Part shown: positions 49,465 through 61,709 of the stretch, in pieces
Position numbering within the stretch: position 1 is the first letter of the stretch
How the letters are laid out: each line of letters starts with the position of its first letter
Assembly (NCBI RefSeq): GCF_963921235.1
Contig: NC_086108.1
Coordinates: 70,372,001 to 70,436,000, forward strand
Source of the DNA: Mobula hypostoma
Taxonomy: Eukaryota
DNA: 64,000 nt
Direction: 5' to 3'
Notes under the pieces: model-generated
Told to the model about the DNA's origin: nothing
Seen by the model: the letters and a program-made list of their open reading frames with translations, nothing else
The model's database searches: none
Program-made: the position numbers and the translations under genes

Positions 49465-50090
49465 CTGTGACACGTTTAGTGTGGTAGTGTAGTGGGTAGT
49501 GCTTGTCACTCTCACTTTCAGCTTTGATCGCTGACTAGTAGTCTTGCGAAAAGGAGAGCCAAATATGTAAGTCTCTCCCTGCCAGTACACAACCTCTCCA
49601 ACAACAAGCCTCATGTACTGCCTCCTCGCTGGTCGACACATGAAAACTGAACTCCTTTTGAACTCAGGCTGAACTGCAGAGGATGAGGAGGAGGCCTGGC
49701 CTCAGCACACGTAGCACGCAGACCCACCTGTGCATGGACATACACTGGTGCTTGTGAACCAGATGCCCAGCTTTGGGTAAGTAGCTGCAGTGCCATGTGG
49801 GCAGCCTCCAGAGAGGCGAAGGCTACGGGAGTAAACCCAGACTTCAAATCCAGAGTGGAGCCCCTAAGGTGGCTGGACGTCATTGAACTTCCTTCCGGCA
49901 ACTGCTGTAGTCAAGCTGGTGCCAAACGTCTTGCTTCAAAAGCTTTCCTTTGGACTACACTGGTGAGGCTGAGAGGGGGATCTAGATGACTGGGCATCTC
50001 AGGATCTCCATTCCTTCCACCCAGGCTTGTGATGATGATGACCAATCACCCATTGTCCTTCGAGATGGATGGATGCCAATCACCACCAAT
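49465..50090 (+). mobile_element. Non-autonomous RTE/SINE-like repeat
   Basis: GC-richer island in AT-rich intron with a (GAT)n-type end; family assignment is tentative. Confidence 0.35.
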
Positions 50091-50620
50091 TTGATGAAAA
50101 TATATCTGGGCTGATCAGTAAATTTACAGATGACATCAATGAACAAGATTGTGAATAGTGAAGTTATCCAAAGGATATAGATCAGTTGCAAATATGGGTA
50201 GACAAATGGCAGGAGATTAATTGGATAAAGTGTGAGATATTGCACTTTGGGGGGTCACGGGTAAGGTGAACATATACAGTATGTAGAAGGATACTTGGGA
50301 GCATTAATGAACTGTGGAATGTTGGGGTGCAAGTCCACAGCTACCTGAAAAAGGCACACAAGTAGATAGGGTGGTAAAGAAAATGTACAGCAAACTTGCC
50401 TTCATTGGTCAGACACTGAGTAAAATTGGGAAATCATGCTACAAATTCAGAAAACATCAGTTGTTACATTTGGAGCAGTGTGCAGTTCTGGTTGCCACAT
50501 TACAGAAAAGATGTGGAGGCTTTAAAGAGGATTAAAGAGGGGCTCAATCCTCTTTCATCCTCTCCAGATGTTGCCTGGAAAAAAGAATATCAGCCATAAG
50601 GAGAGGCTGGCCTAACTAAA
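50090..50620 (+). mobile_element. Old CR1 RT fragment
   Basis: Degraded KFTDD and QVDRVVKK motifs. Confidence 0.65.
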
Positions 50621-51669
50621 GGTTAAGCCATGAAGGTGAAAGAGGCAGTTGGAGTACAACGTTGGGTAATATGAAATGAGCCTTTAGGAGTGGAAGAAAA
50701 GATTTTTTTTTAATGACTTCCTCACACAAATTACTGAAGATCACTTTTGCAAGGCAGTTGGAACAAAAGGGTAAGGGAATCTTGTTGCAAATATATACAC
50801 CCTTTGTGAAACTTGTGGTTCTAGTTTCTTGTACTTCTTCAAAGATGTACTAGACTAAGTCCAAGGATGGCAGGGCTAATCAATGAAATTTCACCGGATA
50901 GACCTGTTCTCCGGAGTTAAGGAACATAAAGGCATTCACATTCAGACACACAAATCGTACTGAATCTGGTAGATCCTGAGTTCACAGAATCAGCAATGTG
51001 GCATTTGACAATGAGATAAGAAGCTATTTCCTCAACCACATGGTAGTAATTCTTTACAACTGTCTTCACTAGATTACTACAGATGCTTACTCCATCTTTG
51101 AAGACAATCGAAACCGAGGGCAATAATTTTGGTGTCAGAAGTTCATGGATATAAAATAGAGTGGTGCAGTGCAGGTCTGTCACAGTTTCAGAATACACTT
51201 CAGAAATCTATGGCATTATCTTTTTCCGATGCAAGTTCTTATTACTGAATGCAACAGGAAAAAAGTTTGAAAATAGTTGTCTTTTCACTGTGAATTTTAG
51301 ATTTTTCTTCAGTAAGCATCTTACAAAACTGACAGCAATATTGGGCAAGAACTGCCCAGAAATATCAGCTGAAGGGAGGTTATCAACAGAACATACCTTA
51401 TACACACAACCTAATCTGAATTTGTTAAAAATTCAATCTGATCGATTAATAATTAAACTGCGCACAACATATTCAAAAGAAAATGTAAATTTAGTTGAAG
51501 TTATAAATAGAGAAAATTATTAAGAAAATTAGTGGTTGCATTTTAGCCTTATAAAGATACTTTTCTCCCATGCTACACATTCAAATTAAGAAATTTAATA
51601 TATTTAATCAAAACTGATATGAACAGACAGCAACTTCCCAAAAGCTAAGAAAATTTACCCATCCCATAC

Positions 51670-51721
51670 CTGGACAATTAGTATTCCTTATCACAGAAGT
51701 TTTGTTTCGTTGAGCTTGCTC
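51670..51721 (-). CDS. CC2D1B: CC2D1B coding exon (EQAQRNKTSVIRNTNCP)
   Basis: aaactag| acceptor and G|gtatgg donor; 52 bp. Confidence 0.9.
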
Positions 51722-51942
51722 CTAGTTTTAAAAAAATGCTGTATTTTATGGTCAATCTATAATTTGTTGTTTATATAATTACATTGTTAATAATAATTCA
51801 AGATTAACAGATAAAATTTTAAACATTCACAAATACATGGTGATTAATACGGCAAATTGTTTAAACAATTGTATGTAATTTTATAAAGGAAAAATTCAAC
51901 TATAAGATTATGTCTCTATATTTCATAAACAAGTTTACTTAC

Positions 51943-52001
51943 TGTACTAGGATACTGAAATTCAAACTTTACAAATGCATCAAGGTCATGTACAGACACA
52001 C
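51943..52001 (-). CDS. CC2D1B: CC2D1B coding exon (GVSVHDLDAFVKFEFQYPST)
   Basis: tttacacag| acceptor and ACA|gtaagt donor; 59 bp. Confidence 0.92.
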
Positions 52002-52564
52002 CTGTGTAAAAACAAGTAAGATTTGTTTTCCAGTAGAAATTAGACCCCACCTTATTCACAAAATAAATTTTAAGTTAATTTTATTTGGTTGATTTTTAAA
52101 CTATACATTTACAGAGGTAATTAATTTATTAAGCTACAATTATTCAAAACCCTTTATGTAAGAGTACCATAGACATTTGTAATGTGCACAACGTTATAGA
52201 CATACTTGATTTAGCAGCACAGTTTACCGATCATTTAGCAACCAGTTAATATTTTAAAATGTTTCAAAATTAGTGAAGATTTCTTCATTGCAAATAAAGA
52301 AAGCGAGGTGATGTTATTAAACATGGCTCTCCCAAAAACAAGGTGCTTAATGTTGAGTTGCTGTTATGATAGTACTTAAAAAGATTGGAAGAGTTCACAT
52401 ATGGAGTCAGTGGAAGAGAATAATGGATTTGAAAAATAACAGCAAATTCAATAACTTTGGTGAAGGAAAGATGAAAATGGGGTGGTTGTTTGGAAGGATA
52501 GAATAGTCAGAGGCTGTTGGCGGAAGAGGTGTGGTGACGGCACATTTACAGGTAACATGAATAA

Positions 52565-52903
52565 CCATAAGATCATAAGATATAGCAGCAGAATTAGGAC
52601 AGTCTGCTCCACCATTTCATCATGGCTGATCCAATATTCCTCTCAGCCCCAACATTCTGCCTTCTCCTTGTATCCCTTCACGCCCTGACCAATCAAGAAT
52701 TTATCAGCCTCTGCCTTAGAAGACTTGGCCTCCACAGCCACGTATGGCAAAGAATTCCACAGATTCACCAGTCTCTGGCTAAAGAAATTCCTCCTCATCT
52801 CCTTTATAAAAGGACACCCCTCTATTCTGAGGCTGTGTCCTCTGGTCTTAGACTGTCCCACCATAAGAAACATCCGCTCCACATCCAGTCTATCAAGGCC
52901 TTT
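52565..52903 (-). mobile_element. CR1 3' end (host; resumes near 56605-56690)
   Basis: GHSLRIEG...FFSQRLVNLWNSLP; cataagatcataaga tail. Confidence 0.8.
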
Positions 52904-55577
52904 CATAGAACATAGAATAGTACAGCACATTACAGGCCCTTCAGCCCACAATATTGTGCCGACCCTGAAACCCTGCCTCCCATATAACCCCCCACCTTAA
53001 ATTCCTCCATATACCTTAAATTTCACTCGTGTATCTGCCTCCACCACTGACTCAGGCAGTGCATTCCACGCACCAACCACTCTCTGAGTAAAAAACCTTC
53101 CTCTAATATCCCCCTTGAACTTCCCACCCCTTACCTTAAAGCCATGTCCTCTTGTATTGAGCAGTGGTGGGGAAGAGGCGCTGACTATCCACTCTATCTA
53201 TTCCTCTTAATATCTTGTACACTTCTATCATGTCTCCTCTCATCCTCCTTCTCTCCAAGGAGTAAAGCCCTAGCTCCCTTAATCTCTGATCATATTGCAT
53301 ACTCTCTAAACCAGGCAGCATCCTGGTAAATCTCCTCTGTACTCTTTCCAATGCTTCCACATCCTTCCTATAGTGAGGCGACCAGAACTGAACACAGTAC
53401 TCCAAGTGTGGCCTAACCAGAGTTTTATAGAGCTGCATCATTACATCGCGACTCTTAAACTCTATCCCTCGACTTATGAAAGCTAACACCCCATAAGCTT
53501 TCTTAACTACCCTATCTACCTGTGAGGTAACTTTCAGGGATCTGTGGACATGTACCCCCAGATCCCTCTGCTCCTCCACACTACCAAGTATCCTGCCATT
53601 TACTTTGTACTCTGCCTTGAAGTTTGTCCTTCCAATGTGTACCACCTCACACCTCTCCGGGTTGAACTCCATCTGCCACTTCTCAGCCCACTTCTGCATC
53701 CTATCAATGTCTCTCTGCAATCTTCGACAATCCTCTACACTATCCACACCACCACCAACCTTTGTGTCATCTGCCAACTTGCCAACCCACCCTTCTACCC
53801 CCACATCCAGGTCATTAATAGAAATCACGAAAAGTAGAGGTCCCAGAACAGATCCTTGTGGGACACCACTAGTCACAACCCTCCAATCCGAATGTACTCC
53901 CTCCACCACGACCCTCTGCCTTCTGCAGGCAAGCCAATTCTGAATCCACCTGGCCAAACTTCCCTGGATCCCATGCCTTCTGACTTTCTGAATAAGCCTA
54001 CCATGTGGAACCTTGTCAAATGCTTTACTAAAATCCATGCAGATCACATCCACTGCACTACCCTCATCTATATGCCTGGTCACCTCCTCAAAGAACTCTA
54101 TCAGGCTTGTTAGACACAATCTGCCCTTCACAAAACCATGCTGACTGTCCCTGATCAGACCATAATTCTCTGAATGCCCATAGATCCTATCTCTAAGAAT
54201 CTTTTCCAACAGCTTTCCCAGCAGACGTAAGGCTCACTGGTCTATAATTACCTGGATTTTCCCTACTACCTTTTTTGAACAAGGGGACAACATTCGCCTC
54301 CCTCCAATCCTCCGGTACCATTCCCGTGGACAACGAGGACATAAAGATCATAGCCAGAGGCTCAGCAATCTCTTCCCACACCTCGTGGAGCAGCCTGGGA
54401 AATATTCCGTCAGGCCCTGGGGACTTATCCGTCCTAATGTATTTTAACAACTCCAGCACCTCCTCTCCCTTAATATCAACATGCTCCAGAACATCAACCT
54501 CACTCATATTGTCCTCACCGTCATCAAGTTCCCTCACATTGGTGAATACCGAAGAGGAGTATTCACTGAGGACCTTGCTCACTTCCACAGCCTCCAGGCA
54601 CATCTTCTCTAATAGGTCCTACCTTCACTCCTGTCATCCTTTTGTTCTTCACATAATTGAAGAATGTCTTGGGGTTTTCCTTTACCCTATTCGCCAAGGC
54701 CTTCTCATGCCCCCTTCTTGCTCTTCTCAGCCCCTTCTTAAGCTCCTTTCTTGCTACCCTATATTTCTCAATAGACCCATCTGATCCTTGCTTCCTAAAC
54801 CTCATGTGTGCTGCCTTCTTCCACCTGACTAGATTTTCCACCTCACTTGTCACCCATGGTTCCTTCACCCTACCATTCTTATCTTCCTCACCGGGACAAA
54901 TTTATCCCTAACACCCTGCAAGAGATCTCTAAACATTGACCACATGTCCATAGTACACTTCCCTGCAAAATCATCATCTCAATTCACACCCGCAAGTTCT
55001 AGCCTTATAGCCTCATAATTTGCCCTGCCCCAATTAAAAATTTTCCTGTCCTCTCTGATTCTATCCTTTTCCATGATAATGCTAAAGGCCAGGGAGCGGT
55101 GGTCACTGTCCCCCAGATGCTCACCCACTGAGAGATCTGTGACCTGACCCAGTTCACTACCTAGTACTAGATCTAGTATGGCATACCCCCCAGTCGGCCT
55201 GTCCACATACTGTAACAGGAATCCATCCTGGACACAGTTAACAAACTCTGCCCCATCTAAACCCTTGGAACTAATCAGGTGCCAATCAATATTAGGGAAG
55301 TTAAATTCATCCATGATAACAACCCTGTTATTTTTGCACCTTTCCAAATTCTGCCTCCCAATCTGCTCCACGGTATCTCTGCTGCTACCAGGGGGCCTAT
55401 AGAATACCCCCAATAGAGTAACTGCTCCCTTCCTGTTCCTGACTTCCACCCATAATGACTCAAAAGAGGATCTCGCTATATTACCCACCCTTTCTGTAGC
55501 TGTAATAGTATCCCCGACCAGTAATGCCACCCCTCCTCCCCTTCCCCCCCTCTATTCCTTTTAAAGCAGTGAAATCC
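52904..55577 (-). mobile_element. CR1 LINE with EN and RT regions (frameshifted; 357-aa RT ORF at 53136-54209)
   Basis: GVFYRPP, FNFPNIDW and LGDSDH (APE endonuclease); GVPQGSVLGP and KLADD (RT); catagaacatagaa tail. Confidence 0.92.
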
Positions 55578-56603
55578 ATATAATTCTCCGTAACTTCCAC
55601 CACCTCCAACAGGATCCCACTGCTAAGCACATCTTTCCCTGCCCCCCCCCACCGCTTTCCGCAGGGTTCACTCCCTATCCAACTCCTTTGTCCATTCGTC
55701 CCCCCCATCCCTCCCCACCAAACTCCCTCCTGGCACTTATCCTTGTAAGCGGAAGAAGTGCTACACATGCCCTTACACTTCCTCCCTCACCACCATTCAG
55801 GGCCCCAGACAGTCCTTCCAGGTGAGGCAACACTCCACCTGTGAGTCCGCTGGGGTGATATACTGCGTCCGGTGCTCCCGATGTGGCCTTCTATATACTG
55901 GCGAGACCCGACGCAGACTGGGAGACTGTTTCGCTGAACACCTACGCTCTGTCCGCCAGAGAAAGCAGGATCTCCCAGTGGCCACACATTTTAATTCCAT
56001 GTCCCATTCCCATTCTGATATGTCAATCCATGGCCTCCTCTACTGTCAAGATGAAGCCACACTCAAATTGGAGGAACAACACCTTATATTCCGTCTGGGT
56101 AGCCTCCAACTTGATGGTATGAACATTGATTTCTCTAACTTCTATTAATGCCCTCCTCCCCTTCTTACCCCATCATTCATTCATTTATTTATTTTCCTTT
56201 TTTCTTCTTCTTCTCTCTCTTTTTTCTCTCTCTGTCCCTCTCACCATAACTCCTTGCCTGCTCTCCATCTTCCTCTGGTGCTCCCCTCCCCCTTTCTTTC
56301 TCCCTAGGCCTCCCATCCCATGATCCTCTCCCTTCTCCAGCCTTGTATCCCTTTTGCCAATCAACTTTCCAGCTCTTAGCTCCATCCCTCCCCCTCCGGT
56401 CTTCTCCTATCAATTCGGATCTCCCCCTCCCCCTCCCACTTTCAAATCTCTTACTATCTCCTCTTTCAGTTAGTCCTGACAAAGGGTCTCGGCCTGAAAC
56501 GTCGACTGTACCTCTTCCTAGAGATGCTGCTGGCCTGCTGTGTTCACCAGCAACTTTTATGTGAGTTGCTTCAAATTCCAGCATCTGCAGAATTCCTCGT
56601 GTT
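55578..56603 (+). mobile_element. Penelope-like retroelement, 3' part (GIY-YIG plus terminal repeat)
   Basis: GVIYCVRCSRCGLLYTGETRRRLG; close paralog of 18336-19625. Confidence 0.9.
56471..56508 (+). ncRNA. Minimal hammerhead ribozyme motif (one core substitution)
   Basis: tagtc-CTGACaA-agggtctcggcct-GAAA-cg-TC-gactg; helix I tagtc/gactg. Confidence 0.55.
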
Positions 56604-57073
56604 TGCAAGGACTCCCAAGTCTGTTTGCACCTCAGTTTCTTGAATTTTCTCTCCATTGAGAAAATAGTAAACACTTTCATTTCTTCTATTGTATACTTGG
56701 ACTTTCTGAAGGCCTTTGGCAAGGTGCCACACATAAGGCTGCTTACCAAGTTAAGAGCTCATGGTATTACCCAAAGGTTACTGGCATGGTTAGAACATTA
56801 GCCGATTGGGAGGAGACAGCGAGTGGGAATAAAAGGATCCTTTTCTGGTTGGCTGCCAGTGACTAGTGGTGTTCCGCAGGGGTCGGTGTTGGGACCACTT
56901 CTCTTTATGCTGTATATAAGTGATTTAGATGATGGAATAGATGACTTTGTTACCAAGTTTGCAGGTGATATGAAGATTGGTGGAGGGGCAGGTAGTGTTG
57001 AGGAAACAGGTAGGCTGCAGAAGGACTTAGACAGATTAGGAGAATGGCAAGACAGTGGCAAATGAAATATAAA

Positions 57074-58779
57074 TGTAAAACACCAAAGCACACGGTATTG
57101 GGGGTTGGTATTGATGTGGATAGAGAATTGGTTGGCAGACAGGAAGCAAAGAGTGGGAATAAACGGGACTTTTTCAGAATGGCAGGCAGTGACTAGTGGG
57201 GTACCACAAGGCTCAGCGCTGGGACCCCAGCTGTTTACAATATATATTAATGACTTGGATGAGGGAATTAAATGCAGCATCTCCAAGTTTGCGGATGACA
57301 CAAAGCTGGGCAGCAGTGTTAGCTGTGAGGAGGATGCTAAGAGGATGCAGGGTGACTTGGATAGGTTAGGTGAGTGGGCAAATTCATGGCAGATGCAATT
57401 TAATGTGGATCAATGTGAGGTTATCCACTTTGGTGGCAAGAACAGGAAAACAGATTATTATCTGAATGGTGGCCAATTAGGAAAAGGGGAGGTGCAATGA
57501 GACCTGGGTGTCATTGTACACTAGTCATTGAAAGTGGGCATGCAGGTACAGCAGGCGGTGAAAAAGGCGAATGGTATGCTGGCATTCACAGCAAGAGGAT
57601 TCGAGTACAGGAGCAGGGAGGTACTACTGCAGTTGTACAAGGCCTTGATGAGACCACACTTGGAGTATTGTGTGCAGTTTTGGTCCCCTAATCTGAGGAA
57701 AGACATTCTTGCCATAGAGGGAGTACAAAGAAGGTTCACCAGATTGATTCCTGGGATGGCAGGACTTTCATATGATGAAAGACTGGATCAACTAGGCTTA
57801 TACTCGCTGGAATTTAGAAGATTGAGGGAGGATCTTATTGAAACGTATAAAATTCTAAAGGGATTGGACAGGCTAGGTGCAGGAAGATTGTTCCCGATGT
57901 TGGGGAAGTCCAGAAAGAGGGGTCACAGCTTAAGGATAAAGGGGAAGCCTTTAAGGACTGAGATGAGGAAAAACTTCGTCACACAGAGAGTGGTGAATTT
58001 GTGGAATTCTCTGCCACAGGAAACAGTTGAGCCCAGTTCATTGGTAATACAGTATTTAAGAGGGAGTTAGATATGGCCCTTGTGGCTAAAGAGATCGGGG
58101 GTATGGAGAGAAGGCAGGTACAGGGTTCTGAGTTGAATGATCAGCCATGATCATACTGAATGGCAGTGCAGGCTCGAAGGGCCAAATGGCCTACTCCTGC
58201 ACCTATTTTCTATGTTTCTATGTTTCACTGCTAAGGCTAATTTAATAGCTTCTATGTAATGGTTTCTCTGTAGCAGCAATGTTTGGGTTATGGCTAGAGA
58301 TAACGGGACTTTGGAATGTTTGCTACCCAATGGGAGAAATGTTGTTCTTTCTTGCGTGTCTGGGGGCTGGGTTTTTCGCAGTCTTTCGCCGAGGAGCAAT
58401 GGAGAGAGGACGTGAATGGACAGGGTCGGAAGACCACCGGACAGAGTGGACTGAGGAGTGAGATTCCGAGGGCCAGCTACGCTTGGAGGTCAACGGAAAC
58501 AAATGAACGAACAGTGAGCTCCATCGATACACAATAGACTTTTTTCTTAAAATGGGCCCTTTTACCTTTTATTTTCTTTACTAACTGTCTATCCAAATTA
58601 AGACTTAAAAAGTTCAATCATTTAATTGCACATGGTGTACTGTCTGATACTTTGCGGTGCGGATTTGTAACTGGGCAACACATCACGCAGCGTCCACACA
58701 AGCAAAATTTCTCAGTTTGGCGGGGCCAGAAGTTGTCTTCCCCTCGACGAACACATGCTGGCCGAGCCTAAGGCTTACA
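57074..58779. mobile_element. Probable solo LTR (57074-57084 plus 58226-58779), split by a young CR1
   Basis: TGTAA...TTACA termini located exactly where the host CR1 is interrupted; about 565 bp non-coding; TSD not clear. Confidence 0.55.
57085..58225 (+). mobile_element. Young CR1, 5'-truncated; same subfamily as 25461-27328
   Basis: Peptides nearly identical (MWIENWLADRKQRVGINGTFSEWQ...); tttctatgtttctatgtttc tail; a few stops. Confidence 0.92.
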
Positions 58780-60173
58780 CAGGTTGGAAAATGTATGGTC
58801 ATGCACTTTCATAGTAGAAATAAATATGCAGACTACTTTCTAAAAAGGGAGAAAATCCAAAAATCTGAGATGCAAAGGGACAGGAATCCTTGTGCAGAAC
58901 ACTCTAAAGATTCACTTGCAGCTAGAGTTGGTGATGAGGAAGGCAAATGCAATGTTAGCATTCATTTCAAGAGAACTAGAATACAAGAGCAAGGCTTTAT
59001 AAAGCACTGGTGAGGCGTCACCTTGAGTAATGTGAACAGTTTTGGGCTCCTCATCTAAGAAAAGATGTGCTGGCATTGGAGAGGATTCAGAGGAGGTTCA
59101 CAAGGATGATTCTGGGAATGAAAGGGCTATCATTATGAGGAACATTTGATAGCTGTAGGTCTGTACTCACTGGAATTCAGAAGGATGAGAAGGGATCTCA
59201 TTGAAACCTTTCAAATGTTGAAAGGCCTAGACAGAGTAGATGTGGACAGGATATTTTCCATGGTTGGGAAGTCCAGGACAAGAAGGCACAACCTCAGGAT
59301 AGAGGGGCGTCCATTTAAAACAAAGATGTGGAGAAATTTCTTTAGCCAGAAGGTGGTGAATTTGTGGAATTTATTACCACAGGCAGCTGTGGAGGCCAAG
59401 TCACTGGGTGTATTTAAGGCAGAGCTTGATAGGTTCTTGATTGGACATGGCATCAAAGGTTACAGGAACGTGGTCTGGGAGTGGGACTGAGAGGGGAAAA
59501 AAGGATCAGCCATCATTAAATGGCAGAGCAAACTCGACAGGCCAAATAGCCTAATTCTGCTCCGATATCTTCTGGTCGTATGGCACATATCCTGTGCCCT
59601 TCCGAATTGCTTCTAGAAATACCAGCCATTGCTATTCTGCCGTCATCCCTGCCAGTGTTCTTTACCAATCAATTCTGGCCAACTCCTCTCTCATGCCTCT
59701 GTAATTCCCTTTACTCCACTGTAATACTGATACATCTGACTTCAGCTTCCCCAGATGGTAAGAGAGAATGATTTACAATATCAGGCAATGTGGAAGCTCT
59801 GAGAGCTGTGTGGTCAGCAGTTCAGCTGAAATGGAATAGAATGAGTCTCAGATAAAATATTCAGAAGATATAAAGGGGAGAAACTAGACACAAGTTCAGG
59901 ACCAGCCCAAGTTGGAAGCTTAGCATAGTAGACTTCGAAAAGGGAGCTAAGCTGATCTTTTCACTCAAAAGGCAAATAGCTTTATGAACTTCTCCCTGCT
60001 GGTTGGAAATTATTTCCATCTTGTTTATCTGGGCTGAGCCAAAGAATTGTTCAAAAGATTTAACAAAGTTCCTTTGGTTTTATGCTAACATTTGAGTACT
60101 TTGAGTTTATTTTTGTACACATTAACTGTTTCTTGTTAATGTTGCTGCCCTTTTCCCAAGCCCTTTGTCTTAC

Positions 60174-60247
60174 CTGAAGGAGCAGGAAGATTTATTCCTT
60201 TCACAATGATAAGAAGCATTTCAGTACTACTAATGTCTGCAAATATC
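60174..60247 (-). CDS. CC2D1B: CC2D1B coding exon (IFADISSTEMLLIIVKGINLPAPS), start of C2 domain
   Basis: cttcgcag| acceptor and G|gtaaga donor; 74 bp, phase 2-1; not in the ORF track. Confidence 0.92.
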
Positions 60248-60970
60248 CTGCGAAGTAAAATACTTTGATCTAATTAATGGCTTCTTGAACAGGAGTAGGT
60301 GATGCATGAATGACAGATAACTTGAAATGTAACCCAATAGACAAAGAACAGGCCAACAGTACAAAAAAGTACTTTTTATCCATTGCAACCACTGTGAATT
60401 TTTAATTCAAATTAATAATTCGCTTTTTTTATCCTTTGATATACTCATTAAAATTTCTTTGACCAAACTTTTTGCTCCAGTACCTCTAAGATCAGTGACA
60501 AAATTTAGGTTATGATCTTCGGGACTTTATCTATATGTACTGTGCTATAAGATAAGCTGTTGTAAGGAGTTGTGGAAAAAACAGATACTATATGGTGATT
60601 TGTACCATGGTATCAAGTGTGGTTCAATGTCTATGAAATGCAAATAGTTACAAACTAACTTACAAGCAAAGGAAATTTGAGCAGAATTGGGTTGAAAAGT
60701 ATATATATCCTTAACAGATTATTGGCTGCAATGCGCATTCAAGTGAGATTTTCTTTTTCTCCCTCTCAAAACTAAAGTACTAAATTCTTAAATATCGAGG
60801 AACCCAATTTCTTATTCACTTTTTAAACTTGACGTGAAACCATTTTATTCTCATAAATGTCTCAATCCTGGATCCCTGCCCCTACTTTATGTACCTTTAT
60901 ACCAGTGCTGTGCTCACCTGTACTAGGTGATGGAAAACAACTTTTTTCACAAAGTTGTTTCAAGTATAGT

Positions 60971-61187
60971 GGAGCAACACAAAGGAGCTGGAAGAACTCA
61001 GCAGATCAGGCAGTATCTGTGGAGGGAAACGAACAGCTGACAGTTTGCATCAAGACCCTTCATCAGCCCTTCTCAACACAAAATATCACCTGTCAGTTTC
61101 TCTCCAAGGATGCTGCCTGTCCACCTGAGTTCCTCCAGCCTCCTTGTGTGTTGCTCCAGATTTCTAGCAATTGAAGTCTCCTGTGTC
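60971..61187 (+). mobile_element. Older palindromic Penelope-derived element
   Basis: ggagcaacacaaaggagctggaagaactcag ... ctgagttcctccagcctccttgtgtgttgctcc inverted arms. Confidence 0.65.
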
Positions 61188-61467
61188 CGTCTCTGCTTTC
61201 AGTGAAGTGCGTCTAAGCTATTTGTTGCTCAGCATTATTTGTACTCTTGCAAGTTTATAACGTGTTATTAATTCAAAATGCCATAACAAGAAAATGTTTC
61301 TAAAAACTAAGAAAAAATAGTGCTGCCTTTACAACAAAAGCCGAAGTAGAATATCCTCAGAGACATCCTTCTCAGTTGCAACAGTAACTCCCATCTTAAT
61401 CACAAAGTTTTCTTTTTGATCGAAAAGGTATTGCAATTGAAATATTTACAAAAGCAGAGATCCATAC

Positions 61468-61584
61468 CGTACAGTTTTAAATGTCCTCTCCTCAAAGTGG
61501 TATTTTGGAGGCTCCAAGCCTTGAGCTTGCCCAAGTTTAAGGATTTCAAGATTTTTTTTACAATCTTCAGCCATCTTTTCAAAT
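61468..61584 (-). CDS. CC2D1B: CC2D1B coding exon (FEKMAEDCKKNLEILKLGQAQGLEPPKYHFEERTFKTV)
   Basis: Minus-strand tttttgtag| acceptor and CG|gtatgg donor; 117 bp. Upstream exons lie beyond the window end. Confidence 0.92.
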
Positions 61585-61709
61585 CTACAAAAACAGCAAC
61601 GCAGGTTTTCAAAAAAAGCTCTGTGCAACTAGTAGTAAAATTTACTGTAGTCAGCATAAAACATTATTCATGCAACAATACTGATAAATAAATATGGGTA
61701 TGCATACAC

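Larger units (their letters stand above)
56690..59580 (+). mobile_element. Older CR1 (56690-57073 plus 58780-59580), host of an LTR and a young CR1
   Basis: RT motifs; gtggcaaatgaaatataaa|caggttggaaaatgtatggtc rejoins. Confidence 0.8.

Noticed and set aside
49465..49620. tRNA gene or HDV-like ribozyme at the repeat head
   Set aside because: I could not fold a cloverleaf or a nested double pseudoknot by eye; no clear B box
39534..61584. CC2D1A assignment
   Set aside because: The stop directly after the C2 domain, the NINRNHRGFKR/FFRSDK peptides and the ZFYVE9 synteny favour CC2D1B
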